DNA of 64,000 bases from contig OX597836.1 in the NCBI GenBank assembly GCA_951406725.2, forward strand, positions 32,860,001-32,924,000, read 5' to 3'. The translations under genes were made by a program, and so were the position numbers. Positions within the stretch are counted from its first letter, which is position 1. Every line of letters begins with the position of its first letter. Shown in pieces: positions 27,528-40,480 of the stretch. The notes below the pieces were generated by a model that saw nothing but the letters and a program-made list of their open reading frames with translations, was not told where the DNA came from and made no database searches. Source of the DNA: Octopus vulgaris (taxonomy: Eukaryota).

Positions 27528-28247
27528 CCATCTAACCTCGTAATCGTCCATGAACACATTCCTTAAATAGCTACTAAATACAGTTGCGTAGCATTATAAC
27601 ATCACTATGGTGTAATGTTATTACAGTGGTGTAACATAATGTTGTAACATTGTTACATTACATATTCACCCATTCATGTTCTCATTCTTTATAGAATTAC
27701 CTGAACCATGAGATAATTAATTATGTTTCTTTATTAGCCACACAGGGCTGAACACAGAGGGGACAAATTACAAAGTAGAGCTTTTCTTTTTGGAGAGAAG
27801 AAAAAAAGGCAGGGTAGGTTGTCGATCAAAAGGGATCATAAAAAAAGAAAAAAAAGCAAACAAAAAAACTCTAATTTCCTTCAAAGCAGGATCTTTCGAT
27901 TTCAGTGCATCTGTTTCAGTGCTCCAGCCAGCTCATGAATACCTCATGGAAATCCTCCAAGTTGAAAGTGTTAAACTAAAAATACAATAATCTAGGACAG
28001 TTCTAACTGCTTCTCCGTCTCAAAATTGCTGGAATGCACCTCATATATATAGTCATGGGAGAATAAATTCAGAGGGAAAATGTTGTAAAATGATGAAATA
28101 ATACAGTAATCCCTTGCCACATCATGGTTCGCCTATTGTGGTTTGTTATTTAAGCTTACATCAATTCCTCTGTGGTGTTGTTTTGCATTTATAATAAAAT
28201 AAATAGATACAAATTATAAAAATAATTTTAAAACATATACAATACAT

Positions 28248-28654
28248 AGGCGCAGGAGTGGCTGTGTGGTAAGTAGCTTTTTTACCAACCACATGGTTCC
28301 GGGTTCAGTCCCACAGCGTGGCACCTTGGGCAAGTGTCTTCTACTATAGCCTCGGGCCGACCAATGCCTTGTGAGTGGATTTGGTAGACGGAAACTGAAA
28401 GAAGCCTGTCGTATATATGTATATATATATATATGCATGTGTGTTTGTGTGTCTGTGTTTGTCCCCCTAGCATTGCTTGACAACCGATGCTGGTGTGTTT
28501 ATGTCCCCGTTACTTAGCGGTTCGGCAAAAGAGACCGATAGAAAAAGTACTGGGCTTACAAAAGAATAAGTCCCGGGGTCGAGTTGCTCGATTAAAGGCG
28601 GTGCTCCAGCATGGCCGCAGTCAAAAGACTGAAACAAGTAAAAGAGTAAAAGAG
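28248..28654 (+). mobile_element. SINE family A, full length
   Basis: CpG-rich near-consensus copy with an (AAAAGAGT)n tail. Confidence 0.9.
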
Positions 28655-29552
28655 TACAATAGGCGCAGGAGTGGCTGTGTGGTAAGAATCTTGCTTCTGG
28701 GTTTAGTTCCCACAACTGAAACAAGTAAAAGAGTATAACTAGTTTACTGCACGTAAATTTTAACAACAAAATCTTATATGGATCCCTTAAGGGTCATATG
28801 CATCCCTTAAGGGTCATATGGACCCTGATTGAGAACTACTGATATAGACCCTAGTAGTGGTATGTTGTCAACTTAATGTGACAGTCCCATGAAAGGGAAG
28901 AATACTACTGCTATTTAGCCATAGCACGCACCACTTTATTGTGTTACATACCACCACTTTATCATGTTACTACTGTATAAATCTCTCTAGACCTTGGTAC
29001 TTGTACTTTACATGTGGTGCTTTTCGGTCTTGTGAAGGAACAGGACCCAGTGGTAAGGGCGATGCACTCACAATCGTAAGATTGTGGTTTCAACTCCCAG
29101 GTCAAGCAACGCATTGTATTCTTGAGTGAAACACTTTGCTTCCTGTTGCTCTGCCTCCACTTGACTGGAAATGAATTCCTGCAATAGCTGGGAAATCAAC
29201 TCAGGGATGGACCAGCATCCTGTGCAGGGGAGAAGAGAGAGCATTGTAATCTAAAACAATTATACACCATGGGAACGAGATGGGGGGGTGGGGGGGACTG
29301 CAGCTTTATGAGTCCTGAAGCTCTTAGGAGAAAACAGATAGAAGGCTTCGCGGTCTCTGTTTACCAAAATGCTAATAAGGATTAATAATTACAAAGTCAT
29401 TAAGTGAAATAAATTTAGAATTTCTTTAGTTACAATTTTTTTTTCGGCTTTTTTACTTTAAAAGCATTTTTAAGAAAGTTTCTTTGTTTTCAAATTTATG
29501 ATTATTTTCAGATTTCTCTCACACACATGCACATATACTATCTACTATCTAT

Positions 29553-29620
<68 letters not shown>

Positions 29621-29738
29621 GTATATATATATATATATATATATATTATTTTGAAATTGTATGGATAATACCGTACTACATTCCGGTGCCTCAACTTAAG
29701 TACCATATTCATCTGAATCTAAATTTTTGCTGAACTCA

Positions 29739-29782
<44 letters not shown>

Positions 29783-29821
29783 CATACATATATATATACA
29801 TACATATATATATACATATAC

Positions 29822-29868
<47 letters not shown>

Positions 29869-29871
29869 CAT

Positions 29872-29945
<74 letters not shown>

Positions 29946-30281
29946 GGGAGAGAGAGAAAGAAAGAGTGATGGAAGGAGATAGAGAGAGGAAATTCATTGA
30001 GCTGAACATTAAACAGAAAGAATTATAAACATTATTACTATTAATGTCGGCTTTTAAAGAAAAAAAAATCAATAAAACAACTCATGTGCAAAACGTGTGT
30101 GTGTGTGTGTAACACACACACATACACTCATATATATACATATATAAACACACATATATATAAATATATATGTATGTATATATACAATATACATACATAC
30201 ACATATATATACATGTAAATATGTATATATATACGCATATATATATATGTATATATATATATGTATGTATATATATGTGTG

Positions 30282-30331
<50 letters not shown>

Positions 30332-30448
30332 GGCAGATTTTTTAATTTCTTGAATTGTAATCATGATAGAATATTTTTGCTATATTATTTGTATCTCAAA
30401 TATCTCAGACCTCTTTATCGACATTCTTAATTTGTTCCATTCATAGAT

Positions 30449-30486
<38 letters not shown>

Positions 30487-31231
30487 GCATAAAATAGACA
30501 AAAAAATCACAAGAAAAAAAAACACCAAAATCAAATGATATCTTTTTATCTTCATTCAAAATGATGTTTAGAATGTAGAATCTCATATTTAAAAATGAAA
30601 AATGGAAAAAAAAAAATTTAAAAACAAAAACAAAAACAAAAATTCAACAAAATCAGATATAAAAAAATATGTAAAAAAAAAAAAAATAACCCCACACACT
30701 CACACACATACACAAAACAAAAGATAAAAACAAAGCAAGAAAAATAATAATACTTTATATACAGATAGAACTAATGTCCTGATTTGATTTGAAATTCTAT
30801 CTGGAACTGATCCAGAGCCATTTGGTAATTTAGAATGCTAAAAACTGAGTTTACAATTACCACAGCTTTTAGCTATAAAGCAAATGCTGAAAAATGATTC
30901 TGATACAAAGTGTCAATGAGTACTTGCCTTTCGGTCTACAAAACAGAATTTCCTGTACCAGGTAGATGATAGCTTTTCTCTATCTTTCTATATCTCTTGC
31001 TCTCTGTCTCTTTGTCTCTCTCCCTCTCACTCTCTCTCTCTTTCTTTCTTTTTCTGGGGTTTTTTTTCTCTCTGTCTTTGTCTCCCAGTCTTTATTTTAT
31101 AATCTTAGTTCTACCAAAAGAAAAAAAGTAAATAGAAGAGGAATGAGAAAAAAAGAAACAAAAAAGAGACGAGAGAAAGAGATTGAAAAAATTGGAAAAA
31201 AAAGAAATTAGATTTTTTTTTTTCAAAAATA

Positions 31232-31267
<36 letters not shown>

Positions 31268-31361
31268 GATGATGATTATGATGATTGATGATGATTATGA
31301 TAATGATGATGATGATGATGATGACAACAACATGATAATGATGATAATGAACATGATGAGG

Positions 31362-31395
<34 letters not shown>

Positions 31396-31414
31396 TAATA
31401 ATAATAATAATCAT

Positions 31415-31685
31415 TTCTACTAAAGGCACTAAGCCTGAAATTTTAGGGGAGGGGGAGTTTAGTCAGTTACATGATTTCAAATTTTGGCACAAGGCCAGCA
31501 ATTTCGGAGGAGGGGGTAAGTCAATTACATTGACCCCAGCATTCAACTAGTACTTATTTTATCGACGCCAAATGGATGAAAGGCAAAGCCAACACTGGAA
31601 GAATTTGAACTCAGAACATTAAGATGGATGAAATGCTATTAAGCATTCTTGTCCAGCATGATAACAATTCTGTCAGCTTGCTGCT
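31415..31685 (-). mobile_element. tRNA-derived SINE family B
   Basis: Reverse complement of ...gttctgagttcaaatt...ctttgcctttcatcc...cgataaaataagtac. Confidence 0.7.
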
Positions 31686-31725
<40 letters not shown>

Positions 31726-31783
31726 TAATAATAATAAATGTGATGACAGTAATAATAAACGTGATAATAATAATAAAAATGTG

Positions 31784-31817
<34 letters not shown>

Positions 31818-31829
31818 TAATAAAATGTG

Positions 31830-32470
31830 AAGGCACATGGTTTAGTGGTTAGGGTGTTCGGCTCATGGTCAAAAGATCGCGAGTTCGATTTCCAGTGGCA
31901 TGTCGTGTCCTGCGCATGGCCTAGTTGTTAGGGTGTTGTTCTTACGATCACCAGATAATGGGTTTGTTTCGCAGATCAAGTGGTGTGCTGTGCTCTTGAG
32001 CAAGTCAATTCATTTCACTTTACTCCTGTCCACTCAGCTATAAAGTGGAAGCATGTGGTTTAGTGGTTAGAGTGTTGGACTCATGATTGCAAGATTGTGG
32101 TTTCAGTTCCTGGACCAGGCAGTGCATTGTGTTCTTGAGCAAAACACTTTATTTCATATTGCTCCAATCCACTCACCTGGCAAAAATGAGTAATCTTATG
32201 GCAGACCAGCTTCCCGTCCAGGTGGGGAATCTATACACCATGGAAACTGAGGAAACTGGCCCTTATGAGTTGACATGATTCAATATGATAACCTTTACCT
32301 TTACTCAGTTATAAAGGGATAACACCGTGACAGAATAGTCTTCCAATCAAGGGGAATGTTGGCCTGCTCACGTAGCCAGCAGGGTGGCATCATTCAAAAG
32401 CTAAAACCATGCAAAGTACATTGTGACCAGCGATGTGTGACAATATCTAATAGTCCAGTCGATCACGACC
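31830..32470 (+). mobile_element. Cluster of three tRNA-headed SINEs (family D), one nested in another
   Basis: Heads at ~31831, 31911 and 32048; the inner element is flanked by actcagctataaag (32032-32045) / actcagttataaag (32303-32316). Confidence 0.7.
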
Positions 32471-32802
32471 ACATAATATATACACTCGTAAATACACGCA
32501 CTTGTTTGTTCATATCATTGGTAGCATTAGTACATATTACAGCTTCATCATTTAATGTCTGCTTTCCATGCTGGCATGGGTTGGACGGTTTGGACATGGA
32601 GCTGGCCAGACTCCAACTGTCTGTTGTGGCATGGTTTTATACATACATAAATAACATGCAAATTCTGACAGTGCTGTAGAAATAATTGAAACAAATGCTG
32701 CACCTATGACCAGCTGGTGAAAGTTCTGCCTGGGGTTAAAATAGTAGTAAAACAGCCATATTGATGTGGCGATTAACTTCACTTGTTAGTATAATTACTA
32801 TT

Positions 32803-33060
32803 TCATTATTTACATGATTTACATTTGACGGATATTTGTCCCCATCTTGTTTGTTGTTAACACAATGCTTCAGCTAATATACCCTCCAGCCTTCATCAGG
32901 TGTCTTGGGGAAATTTCGAACTTGGGTTCTCATTCTTAAGATATTTTTCGATGTTATTGTTGTTATTATTATTATCATTATCATTCATTTACTGCCTGGA
33001 ATCGAACTCGGAATCTTGGGGTTAGTAGTCCGCGCTCTTAACCACTACGCCATATGCCCG
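32803..33060 (-). mobile_element. SINE-like element with a tRNA-like head and a hammerhead-containing Penelope-like tail
   Basis: Head gggcatatggcgtagtggttaagagcgcggactactaaccccaagattccgagttcgattcc (A and B boxes); hammerhead motif at 32858-32904; tail tgtaaatcatgtaaataatg. Confidence 0.65.
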
Positions 33061-33129
33061 AAGTTTTACTGAAGTTTTACAATTAGCTACTTTGCTTGTT
33101 GCAAATCACTGGGACCTTCAACAAGGTAC

Positions 33130-33730
33130 CGTGAAACTATAGTTGTGACAGATACTGGGGTCATGCAATTGGCACCTGTGCTGGTGGCATATGATAGCAC
33201 CCATTATGCTCTCAGAGTGATTGGCATTAGGAAGGCCATCCAGCTGTAGAAACCATGCCAAATCAGACAGAAGTCTGGTGCAGCCCCTCAGCTTGACAGC
33301 CATGGTTAAACCATCCAACCCATGGCAGCATGGACAATGGATGTTAGATGTTGATGACAATGATGATGATGCTGTCAGTTTGACAAAATTTTTATATTCT
33401 TTATCCATATTCATCTATCAAGACTGATACCAAGCCTCTTAACTTCATAAACTATTCACTGTTTATCATTTTATCATCATCATCTTCATTGTTTAACATT
33501 CGCTTTCCATGCTGGCCTGGGTTGGACAGTTTGACTGGGGACTGGCAAGCCAGAAGGCTGCACCAGGCTCGAATCTGTTCTGGCAAGGTTTCTATAGCTG
33601 GATGTCCTTCCTAACACCAACCACTCCAAGAGTGTAGCGGATGCTTAGCCAATCAGGTGGCACTGGCATCAGCCACGTTCGGATTGTGCTTTTTAGATGT
33701 TACCGGCACAGGAGCCAGTCGGGGCGGGAG
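33130..33730. mobile_element. Two RTE-type 3' UTR fragments tail-to-tail (33130-33372 +, 33470-33730 -)
   Basis: The shared motif appears in opposite orientations, ~100 bp apart. Confidence 0.75.
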
Positions 33731-34254
33731 TGCTATTTAGTAAATAGAAACAGGATGACTATCTCATAACAACACTACACACATTTTGATAGTGTGGTTC
33801 CTTATTACCAATGCACAGTAAATGACATGGCAATATGGAGGTGGTTATGCAACAATGCAGAATTATGTAATATCGTGTAATATCACATGAAGAACAAACA
33901 AATAAATAAATAGCCATGCTATTGACATGTATGAAATGATGTTTTGAGCTATCCATTCTGGAGTACTATTTTTGGCTGATTCTACCCCTATTGTATCTGA
34001 AAATTATATCTATACACACACACACACACATATATATATTATATATAGTCCAACCCATGCTAGCATGGAAAGCGGACGTTAAACGATGATGATGATATAT
34101 AATTATACACACACACACACAGATATATATACACATGTATTTATATAAGTATCATCATCATCATCATCGTTTAACGTCCGTTTTCCGCGCTAGCACGGGT
34201 TGGAATGTGTGTGTACATGTATGTATAATTATATATACATGTATATATATAATA

Positions 34255-34288
<34 letters not shown>

Positions 34289-34422
34289 CACACACAAACA
34301 CACTCACACATACATATATATATAGATACATATATATATTGTATATATAATTATATATACATTTGTATATATATCTATGTACATATATATGTATAGTTAT
34401 ATATACATGTATATATATAGAT

Positions 34423-34635
34423 ACGTGACTGCATGTGTACCGTTGGCAAATTTTTTTCCTCCGTCTTCCCTTCTCTGGATCTTTCCTTTTCCTGTGTTTC
34501 TGACGAAGAGCTCCGCTCGAAACATTAAACCCTCCTTCTTTCCTTCTTTCCTGAGCGTCCAATAATACTATATTTGTTCCACGTCCTCGCGTTGTTGTGT
34601 TTTCTCTTTGTGTTTTCATGTTTGGATTAACTATA
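34423..34635 (+). mobile_element. Penelope-like pLTR solo copy
   Basis: Pyrimidine-rich repeat between TA tracts containing a hammerhead motif; related copy at 24480-24650 (-). Confidence 0.6.
34496..34530 (+). ncRNA. Minimal type-I hammerhead ribozyme motif
   Basis: gttt-CTGACGA-a-gagc-tcc-gctc-GAA-ACATT-aaac: helix I gttt/aaac, helix II gagc/gctc; helix III ACAT is one transition from palindromic ACGT. Confidence 0.65.
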
Positions 34636-34909
34636 TATATATATGTATATACAATTATATATACATATAATATATACTTGTGTATATACACACACACACA
34701 CATTTATGTGTAAACAAATAAACACCATCACATATACATAATTATGTGTTTGTGTATACAAAGCTAACTTTCAAAAAACCAGTATTCCGATATAGCTGTA
34801 AATTTATATTTTATTTTAATTTCATTATTACCATCATCATCATCACAACCACCACCACCTCCACCATTATCATCATCATCATTTTTTACGTTATTATTAT
34901 TATTTTTTA

Positions 34910-34976
<67 letters not shown>

Positions 34977-35608
34977 TCCCATTATTTATTTGATTTAAAT
35001 CAAATGTTTGTGTCAGGAGCCAAAAAAAAGTGACATAAAAACTCCAGCATTTTGCACCATCCAATCCATTTTAAGTGCTATTTAACTTAACTTGTATTTT
35101 GATTTGACTGTAAAACTCCCGTAACATACTAAGAAAAACGATACCAAAATTATGTAAAGTAAAACAAAACAAGAAAAAAACAAACAAAAGGCAAAAAAAA
35201 AATTATTGAAATAGTCTAACCTAAAATATTCTAGCACCTAATTTTACTATTGATTTTAGTACTGTTTGTGTGTTTTTTTCTTTCTTTTTTTACATATTAT
35301 TTTGTTTTTATTTAAATTATTATTATTTTTATTTAACTTTTCACCTCTTTTAGCATTATCAGTCGAAACATATTGCTTGACTCATGTGATCCCACTTAAC
35401 TTCAAACACATTCCACACTGGGGCAAAAGCCAAAATAGATAATTCTACCCACCTCCCCTCTTAAAAAAATAGATAAATTAATAAAAAGATTTTCAAAAAA
35501 TATAAAATTAGAGGAAGAAAATAGAAAATAATAAACTTCCTCCCACTAGCTTTACCTCTGATGTTGCCCTTACAGCACATCTCTCTCCATCTCTTTCTCT
35601 CTCTCTCC

Positions 35609-35646
<38 letters not shown>

Positions 35647-35938
35647 CTATGTATGTATGCATATATATATATTTCTATGTATGTATGCATATATATATAT
35701 TTCTATGTATGTATGCATATATATATATATATATATATAAGTGTGTGTACATATATATGTATGTATATGTATGTATATATCTGTGTGTGTATATATATAT
35801 ATATATATATACCACATTGTGCATGCATATATATATGTTCATATGTATGTATGTATGTATATATATACATATATATATGTTGTCTGTTGTAAAGATAGGC
35901 AGATCAACAGATAGATAGATAGGTAGATAGATAGATAA

Positions 35939-35982
<44 letters not shown>

Positions 35983-37082
35983 TTAGGCAGATAGACAGAC
36001 AGACAGGCAGATACACATATATATAAACAGATAGATAGATAGACAGGATAGGTACATGTATACATACATACATTATTTATATGTGTGTGTGTGTGTTTAT
36101 ATGTCATACCAATGAAGTTTTAGTAACTTGGTTCATTTAAGCACTGTTATCATTGGAGTCCAACATATATATCCATATATCCATTCTGCTCGGCTCTTCA
36201 CTCCCAAAAAATTTTAATGTCTGTTCTCTAATTAGTTTAAACCTTTTTTGGAATGGTCAGAGACAGAGGAATGTGACTAATGAAGGAACCCTATATCTCA
36301 GCCACCCATCCACCGAACCTTTGCATCCTCAGTAAATGTCAACTCGCACCGAAGTAACACAGAACATTTACGAGAGAGAGTTTGAACAGGACACAATATA
36401 TCGGGGACTTCATATTTGCTCATTGAATTTCCATCCTTGTAAAAAAAAAAAAGAAAAAAGAAACACACACACACACACACACATGCACACGCATATGCAC
36501 ACACACACACACCCGGAAATTACCAAGTTTGAGAGGGCGCTTAGAATTTATACGCAAAGTAAATAGCAGGAAATGAGATGCAGTTGTTTGAAGGAACAGC
36601 AAAACCAAAGGCAGTTTCCCATACATTTTAAGATAGCATTATTTTTATTCAAGTGTTTTAAGTCAAGTCAAGAAAATGTTTGCTTAATGTAGTTGGAATT
36701 TTCTTTGTGCTGAACGTGCTAAAGGCCAACTCAGCAAAGCAAATTTTCTTTTTAACCTTTGGCAATCTTATTCAGCAAACTGGCTTCTCAATTTACAAGA
36801 TCTGTGTTTTTCAAAGAATTCCCAGTCTCCAGTAAGTGGGTTATTGATCCTCGAACACTTGTTATTTTACTATTTCGTAGCCCACATTGAGCGACCAGTG
36901 TGAAAAACAGCTTGTCTCCTGGTGGAAACGGCAGTATATTGCATTCTTCGATTGATTCGGCATAGGTAATTCTTTTCAGTATAGATTAGCTGGTGTTTCA
37001 ACGGGCATGTGGTGAAAGAATATTGTGGACAATGAAAATAAGATGATAATAGGAATGGTAGAAGCAATTATTAGCAATGAAA

Positions 37083-37133
<51 letters not shown>

Positions 37134-37219
37134 TAATAATAATAGTAATAGTAAATGTCCAACTCGGCTGTTACTTGATGTTTCTGAGTGAGACACAGAA
37201 CAGCTTTTATTAAAAAAAG

Positions 37220-37270
37220 TAACAGCAATGTAAGGACTAATAACAGTGGCGGCGACGATGATGATGATGG

Positions 37271-37313
<43 letters not shown>

Positions 37314-37512
37314 GTCGACGACGGTGATGATGACGATGACGATGGTGATGATGATGATGAAGATGATGATGATGATGATGATGAGGAGGAGGAGGAGGAG
37401 GAGGAGGAGGAACGTCTACTTGAGGTTTCTGGTTGAGACATTGAACAGTTGACATAAAACAAAGCGACAACAACATACCTGATAATAACAATAATAATGA
37501 TAATGATGATGC

Positions 37513-37591
<79 letters not shown>

Positions 37592-37592
37592 A
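37220..37592. repeat. (GAT)n/(GAG)n/(AAT)n compound trinucleotide tract
   Basis: Seen directly. Confidence 0.9.
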
Positions 37593-38086
37593 CTTGCTTT
37601 TATTGGCCACAGGGGCTTGATTGGTGGGGGTGGGAGCACTAATAATAATAGCCGATAATGTTTATTTATCAGGCAATAAAAAATATATAGTAAAATACAA
37701 ACCAAAACAAATAACAAGCAAATCAAAAAGGAAGGAGAAAGGAAGAAAGGTGGGAGAGGAGGGAGACTCTTGAAGAACGAATTTACAGCAATCGTCCCAA
37801 AGCAAGAAAGAATGGTCGATGTTATGATAGTTTCAGTGAAATAATTAGAGAATTAGCCATCACCTTCCATCTCTGCTGTACATGTGTGGTCATCTCAGTC
37901 AGACTTTGTTATTTATATCAATTACTGCACCTGCACCTGGCGTTGTTGATTCAAACTCTCTGAAATCACTGCAAAGGAGTGATGCAGTAAATTGTTCGTT
38001 AAGTTGTAACGAACTTGCTGGAAGTATGATTTGATGATTTGTTTTTGCAAGCAGCTTCACAATGTTCATAATAACACATACGTGCA

Positions 38087-38633
38087 AGGTGGCTTGCTGT
38101 CAGAAATGTTAGCCCACCGGGCGAAATGCTTAGTGGTATTTCATCTGCCATTACGTTCTGAGTTCAAATTCTGCGGAGGTCAACTTTGCCTTTCATCCTT
38201 TCGGGATCGATAAATTAAGTACCAGTTATGCACTGGGGTCGATGTAATCGACTTAATCCGTTTGTCTATCATTGTTTGTCCCCTCTGTGTTTAGCCTCTT
38301 GTGGGTAGTAAAGAAATAAGTATTTCATCTGTCTTCACGTTCTGAGTTCAAATTCTGCTGAGGTCAACTTTGCCTTTCATCCTTTCGGGGTCGATAAATT
38401 AAGTAGCAATTGTATACTGGGGTCGATCTAATTGACTGGCCCCCTCCCCAAAAATTTCAGGCTTTGTGCCTATAGTAGGAAAGAATGATTCTAAGGTGGC
38501 AAGATGGCAGAAATGTTAGTATGCCAGGCAAAGTGCTTATCGGTATATCATCTGTCTTTACGTTCTGAATTAAAATTCTGCCGAGGTCGACTTTGCCTAT
38601 CATCCTTTCAGAGTTGAGAAATTAAGTACCAGT
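38087..38633 (+). mobile_element. Three tandem SINE family B copies
   Basis: Repeated ggtggc...gcagaaatgttagc...gttctgagttcaaattc..gaggtc.actttgcctttcatcctttcggggtcgataaattaagtacc. Confidence 0.85.
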
Positions 38634-39003
38634 TGCTTACCAACCACAAGGTTCCAGGTTCATTCCCACTGTGTGGGTAAGTGTCTTCTACTATAGCCTC
38701 GGGCCGACCAAAGCCTTGTGAGTGGATTCGGTTGACGGAAACAGAAAGAAGCCCGTCGTATATATGTATATATGTATATGTATGTGTGTGTTTGTGTTTG
38801 TCCCCCAACTTCACTTGACAACCGATGCTGGTGAGTTTACATCCCCGTTATTTAGTGGTTCGGCAAAAGAGACCGATAGAATAAGTACTAGACTTACAAA
38901 GAATAAGTCCTGGGGACGATTTGCTCGACTAAAGGCAGTGCTCCAGCATGGCCGAAGTCAAATGACTGAAACAAGTAAAAGAGTAAAAGAGAGAGTAAAG
39001 AGT
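38632..39003 (+). mobile_element. SINE family A, 5'-clipped
   Basis: Family A body and tail fused directly onto a family B core. Confidence 0.85.
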
Positions 39004-39004
39004 A

Positions 39005-39420
39005 ATCTTTTTTCTCTTTGATTTTCAAAGAGATATTCTCATCAGCCGGACAGTTGACCTCTTTCTCTTGTCCATCCCAAACAACAATATCCGACCTCTT
39101 ATGCTTACACTTGACAGATGTTTTGATGGGAATGTTCCACCAGTTTCCTTTGTGCTGGTGGTATGTATTCAATAACAAGGAGACTCTCTGTATTTATTCC
39201 GGGACAGTTTTTTTACCAAATGGCATTGTAAATTGTTTTTGTGACATTATGTTGATGACATTTTTGGACAGCTGCTAATCACATGTGAGGTCTTGTGCAA
39301 AAGTATGACATAATCTACATTTATAGTTGCATCTTGAAACTCCAAAGGTTCCGCTGTCTTCTTTGTTGAGTAGGTATTTACTTGTAATCTTGTGTTCTTG
39401 GATCGCAAATGCAAGTGGTC
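39005..39420 (-). mobile_element. R2/R4-superfamily LINE fragment (CCHC knuckle and RLE endonuclease)
   Basis: Frameshifted minus strand FAIQEH...KCRLCH...HVISSCP...WWNIPIKTSVKCKHKRSDIVVWD..EVNCPADENISLKIKEK. Confidence 0.75.
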
Positions 39421-40242
39421 ACTAGTCCAATAGAGGCTTCATTTCATGTCAATGTTGCAATCTTCTTCAAGTCTACAAGCAATGTACTTATGCATGGTCT
39501 TTTTTTGGTATGCTGAGCATTTCACTTCCAGGTCTTCTTTGAGATGTGTGTGTGGGGTGGAGGTGAGTATGACTTTAAACTGCACCCAGTTGTGGGTGTC
39601 TAGTTCAAGAATTCCAGAGTTTTGAGGAGTGTGAAACTGCTTCTTAGCCATTATTGTTTTCAGGTCTCCCCTGACCCATAGTAATATCACCTCACTGAGT
39701 TCTAGCTATGGGTGAACTAGCATATGTGACAACAATCCATCTGAATCCATCTGAACAAAAATACCCTTGTTTGGTATCAGGATGTGTAGTAAAAACCATC
39801 AAGTGTGAGGGACCCCTAACTGGTGCCTCAGCATCCTTCTACGAAACGGACACTCTGATGTAAATCCTACAGTTTTATGTAATTACTGGTATTGTTGCTT
39901 GGACCTGTCACTAGGTACTAATCGCAGAGACTCCAAGAGTGGTACTCATGTTGTACAAGTGTTTACCACTATAATTCAATGATGTACAGATGTCTCTCTA
40001 TGGTGACCTCATTTATCATTCCATCTACTGGAAGTCAGATGGCAACAGGAGAGTGGTGACATGTGTAGACCTATTCACTTGAAAGAGCGTACAGTAAGGT
40101 CATCAGTCACATCCATCATCATCATCGTCATCACTTAACGTCTATTTTTCCATGCTGGCATGGGTTAGATGGTTTGACTGGAACCAGTATCCTGGAGAGC
40201 TGCACCAGGCTCCAGTCTGTGGCCAGATTTCCTTTGGTTTCT

Positions 40243-40480
40243 TATTTCTTTATTGCCCACAAGGGATTAAACATAGAGGGGACAAACAGGGACAGAAAAA
40301 GGGATTAAGTCGATTACATTGGTCCCCCCCCCCAGTGCATAACTGGTACTTAATTTATCAACCCCGAAAGGATGAAAGGCAAAGTCAACCTCAGCGGAAT
40401 TTGAACTCAGAACGTAATGGCAGACGAAATACTGCTAAGCATTTCACCCAGTGTGCTAACGTTTCTGCCAGTTTGCCGCT
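40243..40480 (-). mobile_element. SINE family B inserted in an RTE 3' UTR fragment
   Basis: Reverse-complement family B; RTE-type UTR at 40113-40235 resumes at ~40495-40645. Confidence 0.8.

Noticed and set aside
32990-33060. tRNA gene
   Set aside because: A and B boxes are present but the acceptor and anticodon stems do not pair; interpreted as a SINE head.
36998-37726. 242-aa ORF with hydrophobic, signal-like stretches
   Set aside because: Built from ATT, CAT and TAT tracts; no homology recognised.
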